Shown here piece after piece: positions 26,062 through 39,741 of a DNA stretch of 64,000 bases. The position numbers and the translations under genes were made by a program. The notes beneath the pieces are model-generated. The model searched no databases and was not told the DNA's origin. It was given only the letters and a program-made list of their open reading frames with translations. This DNA comes from Camelus dromedarius (lineage: Eukaryota): assembly GCF_036321535.1 (NCBI RefSeq), contig NC_087436.1, positions 72,728,001 through 72,792,000 on the forward strand, in the 5' to 3' direction. How positions within the stretch are numbered: the stretch's first letter is position 1; each line of letters starts with the position of its first letter.

Positions 26062-26668
26062 TGTGGTAGAAAGAAAAATTGCCCTCCAAACATGTCCCCA
26101 TCCTAATCTGTAGAACCTGTGAATATGCTATTTTACATGGCAAAAGGGACTTTGCAGATGTGATTAACATTTAGGACCTTGAGATGGAAAAATTTTCCTA
26201 GATTATCTAGGTGAGCCCAATGTAATCATAGGAGTCTTTAAAAGTAGAAAATCTTTCCTGACCATGGTCATAGAGAGAGAGATGACAAAGAAAGAAGGGT
26301 CAGAGGATGGAAGAAGAGTCAGGGAGAGATGTGAAAGTTACTTGACCTGCCATTGCTGGATCTGAAGGTGGAGGAACAGGGCCATGAGCCAAGGAATGAG
26401 AGAATCTTCTAGAATCTAGGGATGGCCCTCAGTTGACAGCTAACAAGCAAGTGGAAATCTCAGCCCTACAGTCACAAGGAACTAAATTCTAATAACAACC
26501 TGTAGATAACAATAGCAAACTACTAGAGCCTCTAGAAATGAATATGCCCTCTTTGTACCTTGATTTATATACGCCCCCCAGAACTGTTAACAAAGTGACA
26601 ACAAATCTGTGTTATTTAAACACTGAGTTTGTGGTGATTTTTTCCAGCAGCAATACTAAACTAATACA
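26062..26668 (+). mobile_element. MaLR solo LTR (MLT1E-like), full length
   Basis: TG...CA termini, 'gaacctgtgaatatg..ttacatggcaaaagggactttgcagatgtgattaa', near-TSD ctcag/ctaag. Confidence 0.9.
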
Positions 26669-28094
26669 CTAAGATATATAAAGAGGGAAACTCTGGGCTC
26701 TCAGAAACAGCAAAGAGAGATCCATGTGTGTATGCCATGTCTCAGGTGGATTTTCTACGTTATCTTTTCTCCACAGGTAAGAAGTTTGGTGGCCAGTTGT
26801 TTTACAGAGTGTGAAAACACTTCCCTATCAAGCCTGATTGGAGATGAATAACAAGACACTTAGACTAGAAGTGACCTCTTTAACATCCCAAGACTTCTGG
26901 GTTACACAAGGTTTTGGAATACATTACCCAGAGAGCAAAATCAGCCTCTAAGTTGCCCAGTCTTTGGTAATAGAGGGCTTGTGGTGAAAAGAGTTATCAT
27001 TGAATGCATATGTCAACTAAACAGATGAACCAATGTACAAGATCTGTAGTAAATGGTCTTTCTCCTTTTCCTCCTCATAAGGTCTACATTTCCCACAATG
27101 ATTTATTTATAATGAAATGAGCTAACTCTGAGATAACTGTTTCTCCACTTTTTCTTCTGTTCTGGGTATTGAAACCAGATGTTGGTCTTACAATACATCC
27201 ACTTTCAGTTCTACTGTATTTTCTTCATGAAACCTCTAATCTTTATGTTTGTATATGTTACTGTTATTTTTATCTTGCACACTTGAAAATAAACCCCACT
27301 CTTTGTCTAGTTCATCCAATAGTGTGATCTCAGCTCCTACAATACGTCATAGGTGCTCAATGAATATTTGGTAAATGAAAGGAGGCATTGCCAGCATGTG
27401 ACATTTACCATCATCTCTCAGAAAGCTTCCATCTTTGTTGAACTTCACTTTTTGAAGTAGAAGAGAAACTGACACATGGTGATTCTCTCCCTTAAAAAAT
27501 GGACAATTCACCTCAGATCACCTTACCATAGGGGCTGATATTTAAGAAAAGACATTAATCCCATAATGAGATACCTGCTAAAGGAAGATTGCTGATAAAG
27601 ACAGTTATAATTATCCTGGTTTGTAATTCTACTTTGATGAAGCATTAGCTGTAGCTTGGTTTTCACCTTCCTGCTTTTCAAAACATACACACAAAGAGAT
27701 TAGGTTGAGTGGCCAAATCAATACGCATGTTAAAACTAGAAGATCAAGCAGTTGTACAATAAGAACAGATGACTGAATATAATATTGAAATTGCTTATTA
27801 CTCATCCCTAAATAAATTAAAGATCTTTTTTGGACAGAGCACACAAAGTAACTTCATCTGGAACAACTCATTGAAAGAACACACTTCCTTAGCATATACA
27901 ACGGAAGCAGAGGTCATGTTTCATGAAGCAAGTTGCAAATATGCAGACGAAATATGACTTCCATTAATTAGAGGGAGATTACAGCTTTCCTTCAGCTTAA
28001 TTTGTCTGATATAACCAACCAGTTGCTGAGTCAGCTAAAACACACATCTTATCACATGGCGATATAACAGAGGGGTCAGACAGACATTGGTTTA

Positions 28095-28564
28095 TGTATT
28101 AGTTTCCTGTTGCTGCTGTAACAAGTTACCGCAAACTTAGTGGTGTAAAGCAACACAAATTTATTATCTTATAGTTCCAGAGGTCAGAAGTCTGAAATGG
28201 GATTACAAGACTAAAATCTAGGTGTCATTGCGGCTGCATTCCGCTGGAGGCCCTAAAGGAAAATCTTTTCCTTGCCTTCTCCAGCTTTTAGAGAATACTT
28301 TTATTCTTTGGCTCATAGCTGCTTGTTTCATCTCAAATTACTTCACTCCATCCTCTGTTGCTGTAGTCACATCTATTCTCTGATCTGATGCTCCCACCTC
28401 CTTTTTATAAAGATAATTGTGATCACATTGGAATTCAGGATAATCGTCCCTCTCAAAAACCTTACTCTTATCTGTTAAGTCCCCTTTGCCTTGTAAAGTA
28501 ACATATTCACAGGTTCTGGGGAGTAGAACTCAGTCTTCTTTGTGGAGTTGTTCTGTCTACCACA
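28095..28564 (-). mobile_element. MaLR solo LTR (MLT1D-like), full length, nested in a MIR
   Basis: 'tgtattagtttcc...gctgctgtaacaagttacc...aaagtaacatattcacaggttctgggg...ctaccaca'; perfect 5-bp TSD GTTTA at 28090-28094 and 28565-28569. Confidence 0.92.
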
Positions 28565-29984
28565 GTTTATGAGCCTACTTTGTCAATTATAAGGTGAAAT
28601 TTGATGTCTCTTATCCTTTGTTTTTTGTCTCTAAGATGGGAGTTATAAATCTCAGTGTTCTAAGAGTTAAAGGAGATAATGCATGTAAAGCATTTATCAC
28701 ATTAGCTGGCACATAGTGGCAATAAATGATGGCTAATGTGTATTATTATTGTTTGATTGGACTGATCCAATAGATTGGTTCTTCCATTGACTTTGATTAT
28801 GGAGATATAGACCTTAGAAGTATAGAAGCTTTAATTTTTCATTTCCTCAAATGTTAAATATTTTGAGTTTTCAATTTTTACAACAGGTCAATATGACTTA
28901 TTTCCCTAAAAGGGAAATAATAATGAGACCTCATGAGAGAAATAGAAATAAAAAGGAAATATTTTAGGAGGCTCTGCTGCAGGAATTTTTATGAAGGTTA
29001 ATTTCATAACTGAGGGCACACTGACCCAGTCACTTTCAAGACAGTGCCCCTGAGCATTCACTGGCTGGCAACATTGCAGGAGGTTTTCAGTTCTGTTTGT
29101 TCTACTAGCAATCAGCTCACTGGGTGGTGAATGGGGAATGCATACACATACATGTGCATGTGCACACACATACATCACTTTAAAGATAAGCAGCATTTTA
29201 GTAAAGTAATATGAACAGTGGCTTTAAATAGTGTATGCGTGTAATTCATAAAAGTAAGTTTCTTATGAAACTTATTTTTGTGAAACTTAAGAAGAGTATT
29301 CAAAGAAAAATTTATTATACAGGTGTGCAAAATATATGAATGTATATTATCAAATTAGTACTTTTGACTTCCTTCTTATAAGTTCTGTAATAATTCATTC
29401 ATATGTATGTAACTAGTCCAACTTTAGCAGCCTGTCCAACTGGGGACTTTGTTTTTATACCTTAATCCCATTTTTTTCTTGCAGAGATTAAACAGCTAGT
29501 TATACTCTGTGTAAAAGATAGTCAGACACTTGAAAATTGTAAAAGTCACACCATGATTTATAGCAATACAGCATTCATTACTATACATCATTTGGTAACC
29601 ATCTGTTCATTGTGCCTTTATTTAAATATGAATTATATTTAATTTCATACACTGTGAAGATGATATTTGTCCATCTTTTGGCTGTTTATAAATTGATTTG
29701 TTTTTATGTGTGATTGTGAAAATTATTAAATTATTGAACAAATTCATTCAGCAAATACATATTGAACATCTACTATATTCCTGGAGAGTAAAAAGGTACT
29801 ATGGATGAAACAAGTGAATACTGACTTCTGTGGAATTTACATGTAGAATGATATAGATAATGGACAAATAAACAACATGTTTGGTGTATTATGGTGATGA
29901 GTGGCATGTGCTATAAAGAAAAATAACAAATAAAAATAAAGCAGTATAAGGGGAGAGAAACAGTGAGAAGTTTTATTTTAGACT

Positions 29985-30497
29985 GAGTATGAAAAAAACA
30001 CACCTGGCTTCTATCAGCTTGGAAATGGCCTTGGTGTCTTCCTGCTGAACACAAACAATTTAACAGAAAACCATACAAAACCACTCTTGTCACTATATTA
30101 GAGCAAGACCAAATAGTAAGCATGTCTGAGCATAGATGAAAACAAGAACACTGGGAAGTTACAAAAATATCCAAGCATCCCCTTGGTCCAGCTAACATGA
30201 GTAAGAGCTCAATTTTGCTGACTCTTTCCAATGAAGTTTCACTTCATTCCTCCTAGTTAAAAATGGTTAAGATACCCAATTATCCAGAATTGCCCTGACT
30301 TTCTGAAAGCCTCAGAGCAAAACCATGCTTCACAGAATCCTTCCCCAAATCCTAGCACAAATTTGGACCCTGTGACAAGCTCCTCCCAACACCCCTACTG
30401 GCGCCTCGCACAGCTCCCCATGGTGGGCTGCCTCCCTCACTGATCCCAGAAACCTGACAAGGACTGGAGGTGTGGTGCTGGCGCGCTTTGATCTCAA
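29985..30497 (+). mobile_element. ERV1-class solo LTR (MER90/MER31-like)
   Basis: 'cttggaaatggccttgg...ctgaacacaaacaattt...accactct...catgtctgagcatag..aaaacaagaacact...ctccccatggtg' resembles recalled MER90-family LTRs. Confidence 0.55.
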
Positions 30498-30499
30498 GC

Positions 30500-30815
30500 T
30501 GGGTATTTATCATTTCCATGAATGTTCTTATCCATAAACACTATTTAGTCTTTTTCATGTTTTAAAAATTATGTAAGGAGTATCATGTTGCTTACAAAAT
30601 TCTGCCACTTGTTTTACCCCAAAGTATGTTTTTTTCAGCTTTACTGAAGTATAATTTACATATAATAGAATCCACTTCTTTTAAGTGAATAATTTTGATG
30701 AATTTTGATCCTTTTATTTATCTTGCAACCCCCAATACAATATATAGAATGGACCTTTCATCCCCAAAAGTCTCCTTGTACCCCTCTGTAGGTGACCCCA
30801 ATCCCTGACCAGATC
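30500..30815 (-). mobile_element. Old L1M 3' UTR fragments
   Basis: 'cagctttactgaagtataatttacata...tcatccccaaaagtctccttgtacccct'. Confidence 0.7.
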
Positions 30816-31426
30816 TTTCTAGTAGGCACTTGTTAAAGTCATCTTATAAGGCAGAGACCTGAGGACAGAGCTGGCAGGTGGGTGCCCTCATGGAGCACAC
30901 AACTCATCAGGTGACAACCTTGCAACCTCAGTTCTCTAATGGGCTCCACAAACCAGGATTTTGTAGACTCTCTGGCTTGTTATCCTTAGAGTAGCAGCAA
31001 TTTTCTCTTGTGCTTTTCTCCATCCTAACTAACTCTTCTTAGGTGGATGATACTGGGTATCAAACGCTTTGATGTATACATTCTCTTGGATGTAACAGTT
31101 TTATTTTAAAGTGTGAATATTTACATCTACACATCTGCACAAAGTTATATCCTTTGCAACGATCTAAATATCTAATAAAACTCTCTAGATCTCAACTTAA
31201 AAACATATTAGTTTTTCCAAAATTCTCCTAAGGAGTAAGTGGCTAAAAATTTGAAAGAAGCTAACTATATCTCCAGAGTCTAGTGGAAAAGATAAGTTAC
31301 AAATATATGGCACACATTTTAGAAGAGAAGTATTCTCAGGGGATTGTGGGAGAACAGGATTAACTTTAAGATACTGGGGCTCTTGGGTTTTTCCTTAGAA
31401 AGCAATTCATTTCTCATGCTCTAACT

Positions 31427-31642
31427 CAGGCATCAGCCAACTTTTCTGAAAAGACATAGTAAATATTTCAGCCTTTTTGAGTCATATGGTCTCCATCACA
31501 ACTATTCAATTCTGTGGTGGTAGTGGGAAAGCAGCCACTGACCATACGTAAATGAATGGGGGCACAGTGTTCCAAAAATACTTTATTTCCAAAACAAACA
31601 GTGGGTGGATTTGGCCAACAGACCATGGTTTACAGACTCCTG
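31427..31642. mobile_element. MER58A hAT-Charlie MITE
   Basis: CAGG...CCTG ends, 'atagtaaatattt...aaagcagcca...gtaaatgaatgg...gtgttcca..aatactttattt...ggatttggcc'; flanks resemble the NTCTARAN target. Confidence 0.88.
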
Positions 31643-32129
31643 TTCTAGATTGTGGTCAGTTACATGGTCATCTAGAAACCATTTAATCCCTTGTAAGGTA
31701 CAGAAACTTTGGTATCATCATGGTGTGTCATCTATAGAGAGGAGTAAATGTTAAGTATTTTACCAACGAACCCACAGACTAGAAGGGAAGAACAATGTGA
31801 AAAAAAAATTGTTTCAACAAAATGTGTTAAATGCTATGAAGTATGCAAACAGCCCAGGGTTGACATAGAAGGGAGTGTGGCCAACTTACTTATGTATCAT
31901 GTGCCTTCTCACCACTGGCCCCAGGTACCACTCATAAATAGCAAGATCTGGAGATTTCAGACTGGAAGGAAACTCTGTGTTCATAAAAATCCGACTCATT
32001 ATATACATGAGGAAACTAAGGCCTGGAGAGGGTATTTTATGTAATATTGACTTTTGGTAACAGAAAAAAAATGTATTTAATTGGATCATTTACACAAAGG
32101 ATTTGTCCCCAGAGATTAGCCATACCTTA

Positions 32130-32279
32130 TTTTTTATTGAGGCATAGTTGGCCTGTAATATTACATTAGTTTTAGATGCACAATGCAATGATCTGATCCT
32201 CGTATACATTTTGAAACAATCACCACAGTAAGTCTAGTTAACATGCATCACCAAACATAGTTACAACAAAAAAAATTTA
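32130..32279 (-). mobile_element. Short 5'-truncated L1MA9-like insertion with TSD
   Basis: L1MA9-type 3' UTR 'tcaccacagtaagtctagttaacat'; TSD agccata(c/t)ctta at 32118-32129 and 32280-32291. Confidence 0.85.
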
Positions 32280-34139
32280 AGCCATATCTTACGTAAAATA
32301 GTATAGAAAACGTGAACAAGGAAAACTGAGAAATATTTCTGCATTTTGTTTTTATTTAGGTAATAGCAAGGAGAAGCCTGAGACTCTAAGGTAATTTGTA
32401 TTCAGGTAATTGAGCTCTGTCTTATTTAATTTAGCGTGGTGATTTTCTGCAACATTTAATATTTACCAGGTTGGTACCTACATAAGAATGGGACCCAGGA
32501 TGCCATCTCACTACACAATTTTGTAAAGCATTGTAATGGCAAAGTGAATATCACAGAAAACTTGGATAAACAGAACTGAGAACAAGAAGAGCTGGTCAGC
32601 AGCATGAGCCTCAGGACACGAACAGCCTCAAGGCTCCAGGTAGAAGAGGAAGAAAGGAGGAAAGTGGGTGGCGGTGGGGACCACCCTGATGCCTAGTCTG
32701 TGCTGCAGAACAGTTGGGCCTCACTAAGTAAATGGGCCACACATCCCATCCGTAGCTGAAACACTTCCTCCCTGGGGCCACAGTGGGTTTTATTTCAAAA
32801 TTATTTAATAGAAAGTGAATGAGAATATTCCCCTGGTCTACTATCAGGTCCTGGAGGCATTTGTTTAAAAAGCAGGCATTAGGAGAGTTGTTGGAAAAGT
32901 GTGGAGAATTTACTTTCAAAGAAGATGTGCATCTAATAAGGGGTGTATTTATGTATTATCATTATTTTATTGACTTAAATGGACAATAAATGCATGAGTA
33001 AGAACATGCGAAAACGAATCAGCAACACTTATGCCTTGGGTGGCTCAGTTACTCTTTTATCGCTTCCAGATTAGGTTCCAGAAGTAACTTGTACTTTCTT
33101 TTTGATTAACAAATGAGCTGGGTTCTGGTCAAACTACTGTCTGAATCTACACCAGGCCCAGTGTTCTCAGAAACATCTTAAAAAAAAAACAATAGAGCAA
33201 AATACATTTTAAATGCATTTTTTCAGCCTTTGGACAAAGGAGTGGATCACTCTGTTCCAGACTGGACAGTAGCCATCTGAGCCAGAGAAGCCTGATGGGT
33301 ACAAAAAAGCGAGTGAAAGTCTGACAAACAGCCCATGGCTGCTTTCAGGATGACGTCTGCTGCAGGGGTGTCTGCACTCGATGCAAGCTGAAGTGTGTGC
33401 AGATGGAGGCTGAACCTGCAAACGTTAACTCCTCCTTTGGTAACAAGCAGAGCTGTTAGCTTTACCTTGTTTTAAGATAAAACTTTATTTCAGTGTTTCC
33501 TAAAAATTATCTGGTTCTATCAGACAATGAAAACACTGCAGAGGTAAAAACTGGTTCTGTTGTGAACTACGTGAGAATTATTCCCTCTTCAATCAGCAGT
33601 TATTTTTGTGTCGGTACAAAATCCATTAATTTTTTGCTTGTGTTCATGGACAAAAATTGGATTCAGTGACAAGTGTGTGCACAACATCCAGAGAAAAGAA
33701 AGCTCAGGTAAAGCTGAACTTTGTGCAGAGTAACACAGAAACATAATGAGACAGAGTCCACATCCATGGAAGGAACTTGTCCACTGGGCTTGAGTGGTGA
33801 TTCTGACACAGGACACCTGGAAACTTTCCACTTGACCTTTTCCCTTCCTTCGCTGCATCATGATTCCTAGACAGTCTCCTCTTCTCTAACCTTTGTCTTC
33901 CAACCATAACAGCTCCTGAGGAATATGTATTTGTTGACTAAATAAAAGGATTGAAAGAACTCAACGTAGAAAATTTGGAAAATCTGGACAATTAGATCGA
34001 AGGAACTGAAAGTCATTCTAATTCACCAATCGCCCTGAGGTGACCAGAGCCATCATGCTGAAGCAATTTCATCCACATTTCTTTACAAAAAGACATACAC
34101 ACATGAACACATTCACAAAATATATTTAAGATTTCTTCA

Positions 34140-35400
34140 TTTTGTAATGTGCATTATACACTCAACACTTTTTCTTTATCATCAAACATTAACAGCACAA
34201 CTTTAATGGCTAAATAGCATCTCAAAGTAAAAATGTTTTATTACCTATAAGATAATTTGCCTTAAACATTTAGATTGTTTTAAGTATTATAAAGTATCTT
34301 TATATGTAAATATTTGGGTGAAATTTAGATTATTACCTTAGGATAGAGTTCTTCAAATTGAAACCTTTTTGCTGATTAGATACCCAAAATGGTTATCTCC
34401 TTATGCTGATTTATATCCATGATTTGTGTCTTTATGGCTTAGTCCAATTTTCCGTTGGGGCAATATGTTTTTTAATTGATTTATCAAAATTATTTATATA
34501 TAAAGTACATGTTAATGTTTTTCTGTCATGTTTTGTGTACATATTTTTCCCAGTTGCTCATTCAAATTTTACTTTTTACAGCACTATTGATGTAGATATA
34601 ATTTTAATTGTCAGCTCTAGCAATTTATTCCTTTGTGGTTACCTTCATTTATTTTATGTTGTAAACATCTTTCCTCACTTAAAGTTCCAATAGCTTTTCT
34701 TCTAGCTCTTAATGTTAGTGTACATTACATTGTGAAATAAACTTAATTTGCAAATAACATAATTTTTCTTGATATTTTTAAAATACTTTAAGCCCAATAT
34801 TGAGTGAAAGATAGCAGACACAAAATAGTATGTGCAATATTATTTCAGTTATACACAGTTTAAAAACAGGCAAAACTAATCTATGATGTTGAAGTCAGGA
34901 TAGTAGCTAGTTTTAAGAAGAAGGGAGAGGGTAGAGATTGGAAGGGATATGAGAAAGGGCTTCCAGAGTGCCATTTCTTGACCTACATGGATGTGTTTTA
35001 GTTCATAATAATTCCTCAAGTGCAACTTACTAAATGTATATGCTTCAGTAAAGTGTTTTAATGATACTTCATATAGCCCTTCTTATTTCATTTGAAGAGA
35101 GTGCTTTATAATTAGTAAATTATTTCACATAAATCTAATAGCTGTTAGCATCTTTCATAGGAACATTTTCCATTCCTTTGAACTCCCTATGGTTTTGTGT
35201 CCTAGTTCAAAACTGTTTCAATGATTGTCATTTACAACATATTTTACAACCAGATAGAGTGAAGTAACTCTTGTCAGTATTGATATTAAATTTTTCTTAG
35301 CTTCTTTACCTGTTTATTCATCCAGATAACCTTTAGAGTTATTTTTTTCAGATTACAGAAATACTACAATGGAAGAAAATCTAAGTTTTTAAAATCATAA
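34140..35400. mobile_element. Degraded L1ME cluster (minus) with a nested plus-strand L1M 3' end at ~34795-35060
   Basis: 'ttgagtgaaag...cagacacaaaatagta...aaaaacaggcaaaactaatctatgatgttgaagtcaggatagt' inside AT-rich L1-like sequence. Confidence 0.6.
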
Positions 35401-35409
35401 GTCAGAGTC

Positions 35410-35930
35410 ACCGCTTACATTTCATATGGCTGGAATCATACAGTGTGTATTCTTTGTGTCTGGCTCCCGTTGCTCAGCATCGTGTTGTGAGGCTTCCCCA
35501 TGTTGTTGCACGTAGCTGGAGCCTGTCCCTTGTCATTGCCACGCTGCACTCCACTCTATGACTGTATCCAGTCTATTTATCATTGGCTGTTGAAAGACAT
35601 ATGGCTCATTCGTACTTTGGGGCTATTATGAATAATGCTGTTTTGAATATGCAAGTACTTCTCTGTGTAATCTTAGGAGTTTAATTACTGAGTCATAGGG
35701 TATGTGTATGTGGAAAATTTATATCCTGCCAAGCAGTCCTCCGAAGTGACTGAAACTATTTTCACACTCATCAGGTAAATGTATCAGAGATGCAGCTGCT
35801 TCACATCGTCACCAGCACTTGGTATTGTCAGTACTCTTTTATTTGTTCTGGGGGTTCTGTAGAGATATTGTATTGTGATTTTTAATATTCATTTTCCTTG
35901 TTTAATGAGATGGAGGATTTTAATTTGTAT
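35410..35930 (-). mobile_element. Old L1M (L1MD/ME-like) fragment
   Basis: 'ggaatcatacagtgtgtattctttgtgtctggct..ttgctcagcat...ggggctattatgaataatgctg...caccagcacttggtattgtcag'. Confidence 0.8.
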
Positions 35931-36719
35931 ATGTACATTTACAATATATATAATTTATTATTATTTGTGAAATGTATTGTTATAGAAAACAACTTAATTT
36001 CCAAATAATCATACTTTATACACTCTAAGATATCATAAAACAATATAAAAATATTTTAAAAATCAATTGCCAATTTCAGGTTTATACCAAGGAAATGAAC
36101 ATGAACATTACACAGGTATTATTCTTCCTTATTTGACACAAAGAGAACTTCATCCCCACAGTTCAAACATGTAGGAAAAACCACATATTGGTTTCAACAT
36201 CTAAATTTTGGAGAAAAGTTCACTCAATTAGCTGAATACTCTGTGCAGAAAACAGTGACAATTTATCATTTCTTTGGACCTTTCACAGTTCTTTAGTTGG
36301 CTCACATTTTGATTGACTGTTGGAAGATTTTGAGCCTGATCTAATTCCACATCTTCCCAACATGCTGAATGTCTTTTCCTGCCAATGATCATGTCAGAGT
36401 TTTAAAGAGAGTATGCAGAGAAAGACCAGGCTCCATTCATCGCTGAGGTGATGACAGCCTCCAAAGGAGCAGCATCTTCCTTTCTCATCAGGAGTTGGAA
36501 GAACCCACGAAGCCTCAGTGAAGAATGTCAGTCCAGTAGGTGGGACCAGGTGAGAAGATGAAAATGTTCAGAACTGAATTCCCAACTTCATTCACCCCTC
36601 TCTCAAATGAATGAAAAATTCTCAGCAAAATCAAGTCCAGACCAAGGCATTTTGGTCCCATAGAGAGGGAACTTAAGACTGGTTTTCTATGTGTGTGTGT
36701 GTTTTTAAAGAATATGTGA

Positions 36720-37330
36720 ATGCTTAATGACATGTATTTTATATGCATTTATATTGATATTCTTCTAGTTAATTGATTTTAATTGTTGTGTAATATTCCA
36801 TTGTAATAACTGTCCCTCTTTATTCATTTCCCATTTATAGACACACAGGTTATATCTAGTTTTTCACTCTAAAAACAATGCTGCAAAAAGAATTCTTGTA
36901 TGTATGTTCCTACAAATGAACAAGAATTTCTCCAGGGGATGGGCTTACCTACCAGAAGAATTGCCAAGGTGAAGGTTGTTATAAATCCTCAGCATCTCCA
37001 GGTATTGCTAAATTGCTCTCGAAACTGATTGGAATAATTCATCTTCTCAACAGCATTGTATGAGTTGCATTTTCTACATTGTTATCAATACTTGGCATTG
37101 TAGCTTTATTTTTGCCTATCTGATAGGTGTAAAATATTATCCCATTGTTTTAACTAGCATTTCCCTAGTTACCAGTTAAGCAGCTCTTTATAAGTGTATT
37201 AGCCATTTAGGTTTTCTCTTAGGCTAACTGATTATTTTGTTTTTAAATTTAGGGTTACAGTACATTCTGGATGTTTTATATTGGTTATATGGATCACAAA
37301 TATCTTTTTACACTCTGTCTCTCATTATTG
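36720..37330 (-). mobile_element. Old L1ME fragment
   Basis: 'tattccattgt...aacaatgctgca...aattgctct...caatacttggcattg...ctgataggtgtaaaat'. Confidence 0.7.
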
Positions 37331-38182
37331 AAGAATCATTTTTCATTTAGTTTCATAACTAATTTGAATACTTAGATTTAAACTAGAAGTAATTGAATAT
37401 GTGTGTTATATGAGGTACTATGTTAAGGACCTTACATACATATCTTATCAAGTCCTCCCAATAACCTAGTGAAGCACTTAGCTAACTTACTAATGGGAAA
37501 ACTAAGGCTCACAGTCGTTACCTGAACTACCCAAGATTGTACAGCAAGTATAAGCGGGAAGCCAGATTTAATTTGTTGAGTCAACAAATCTGAATTGATA
37601 TCAGTCTCTGGACTGAGGGCTTATGACAATGGAAAACAAAAGACAATTTCCTGCTCCTCACGAAGGTTATGTTTCAGAATGGAGACAGGCAGTAAATAAG
37701 TCAGTCAACCTGAAGCTTCAAGAGTGAAGTGGTGCGCGCTCTGTGAGAGGACCTCGGGAGTAGCCGCGAAGGGACTGTAGCCTAGTCTGGCTCCCCAGCC
37801 CACCCTGGGCACAACGCGCTACTCTTCCTCCAAGAGCTGGCCTCTGAGTCACTCAGCCCTCCCATGGCATCAATTTCCCTTTCTTGAGTTTGATATTTTC
37901 ATATTTATTTCTTGGTTGGCATATAACTCTTTAAGCACTACACTTTTTTTTTTCTCTTAAACCAATGAAAATGAAGGGCACTTGCTAATTATTTAGAAAT
38001 GTGAGGCTACTAGTCTGATGTGCCTATAAATTGAGCACCCGTCACAGTCATAACCTCAAATACTAATTAGGACTGAAAAATCCCACATCAGTTCTCTCTC
38101 CACACATACTTAGGAGTGGACACATAGACTCTGAACATGCTCTGCTGTGTCCGCCCAGTTACCAAGACTCCCTGTCTCAAAG

Positions 38183-38352
38183 CAGGGGAGTCAAACCTTA
38201 CTATCCCCAGGTGCAGGGGGGGTCACCTGGGGGTCTTGTTCAGATGCAGGCTCTGATTCAGAAGGTCTAGGATGGGCCTAGGATTCTGCATTTCTGACAA
38301 GCTCTCATGTGACACTGAAGATGCTAGCCTGTAAACCTCTCATGAATCTCAC
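38183..38352. mobile_element. MER5A1-like hAT-Charlie MITE
   Basis: 'tcacctgggggtcttgtt.agatgcagg.tctgattcag.aggtctag..tgggccta.gattctgcatttct.acaagctc'. Confidence 0.85.
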
Positions 38353-39741
38353 AACCTTAGATGACAGGAAACTAGATTATGACAAACAACAGTGTGAGCT
38401 CACCAGAGTGAGAGACCCAAATGTAATGTGCCGTAATCTACCACCTTGAGATTAAAATCTACCTGTCAGCAGATCTGCCCTACACACAAGGTCAGACTGG
38501 CCTTACAGCACAGAGAAAACAGCCCATCCCTGTGCATACACTGTCTGCTGATTTATCTACTTAATGGGATCACCTCTACTACTCCTCAGATCCTTGATAA
38601 GCCCAGCATCTTCACAGACAATTTTAATCAGGTTTGGGCATTGGCCCCCTGGAAACTGAGATTTTTTTCTGATCTAATCACCATTCCTATTGAGGAAGAA
38701 TCTGTTGATGTGAGAAAGATAAAACCTTTTCTCAAGAACCCCCAATGGCATAAACATGATGTAATTGTACTAGTACATTGTATTCTGTAAAGAGACTGAA
38801 ATAAAAGTCTAGAGTTATCTGAAAATAGCAATAAAATATGACCCTAATAGTACCATTGACTCCTCTGGGCTTCCTAGAATGTAAATCTGAACAGTGAGTA
38901 TAACTTTTAAGATAAGCGAGATATGCCACTATAGACAGGAAATTGGTTACAAAAAGAAAGATAATTTTATTTAACTACTATACTTGCATAAGCTAAGAAA
39001 ATTCAAAGCTTAAAAACAAACCTCTTCATCTAATTTCTTCTTAATGTCTCCTAAATGTTGAGTATGCTGTCACATGCCTCAAGCGCTAAGGAGGAAATCT
39101 ACCTAATAGTAGAGCCCTACATATAAAATAATGAGGGAAAAATTGAAAAGCCAGTGTGAACACCATGTTTCATGTTCTAAGTCCAATCAAACTCACTTTT
39201 AGTAAAAATGCCCTAACATCTCTAGACTTTAATAGTAACAAAGCCATTTCATTAAACCAAGTTGTATCAATGTGAAGACTGAGACCTAAAATCCTAAACT
39301 ACTAGTGTATTAAGAAAACTTGAGAAAATTATACAAGATGTCTTAAAAATATTAATAATGGTCTGCTTGCAGAAGTCTAATTTTAAGTTATATTACTGAG
39401 AAAATTAAAAAGAAAGGTTTTATGCCAAAATAGTAAGTAAATAATACATAATATGTGTGTAAAAATGCAAGAAGCGATGCTTAAGTGAAGGACATGAGGA
39501 TATCTATGAAGAGTTAGATCTTAAAAATTGAGACTTTGAGAGAGACCCTCAAGTGTAGCAAATTGTAGAAACCCCTTTTAAATGAAGGAAAAATAAATCA
39601 GAATTTTTTTCTTCAAGGTTAATAAATAGCTAGATAGCTCCTAAGTAATATATTGCTTGGCAGTAAGACTGCAGGTTAAAGCGAAAGAATCATTTCAAAG
39701 CACATGTACCAGACTTCTGTGCAAGAAGCAATGTTCACCAA

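Noticed and set aside
29255..29274. Hairpin taagtttc-ttat-gaaactta
   Set aside because: 8-bp AT-rich stem, expected by chance.
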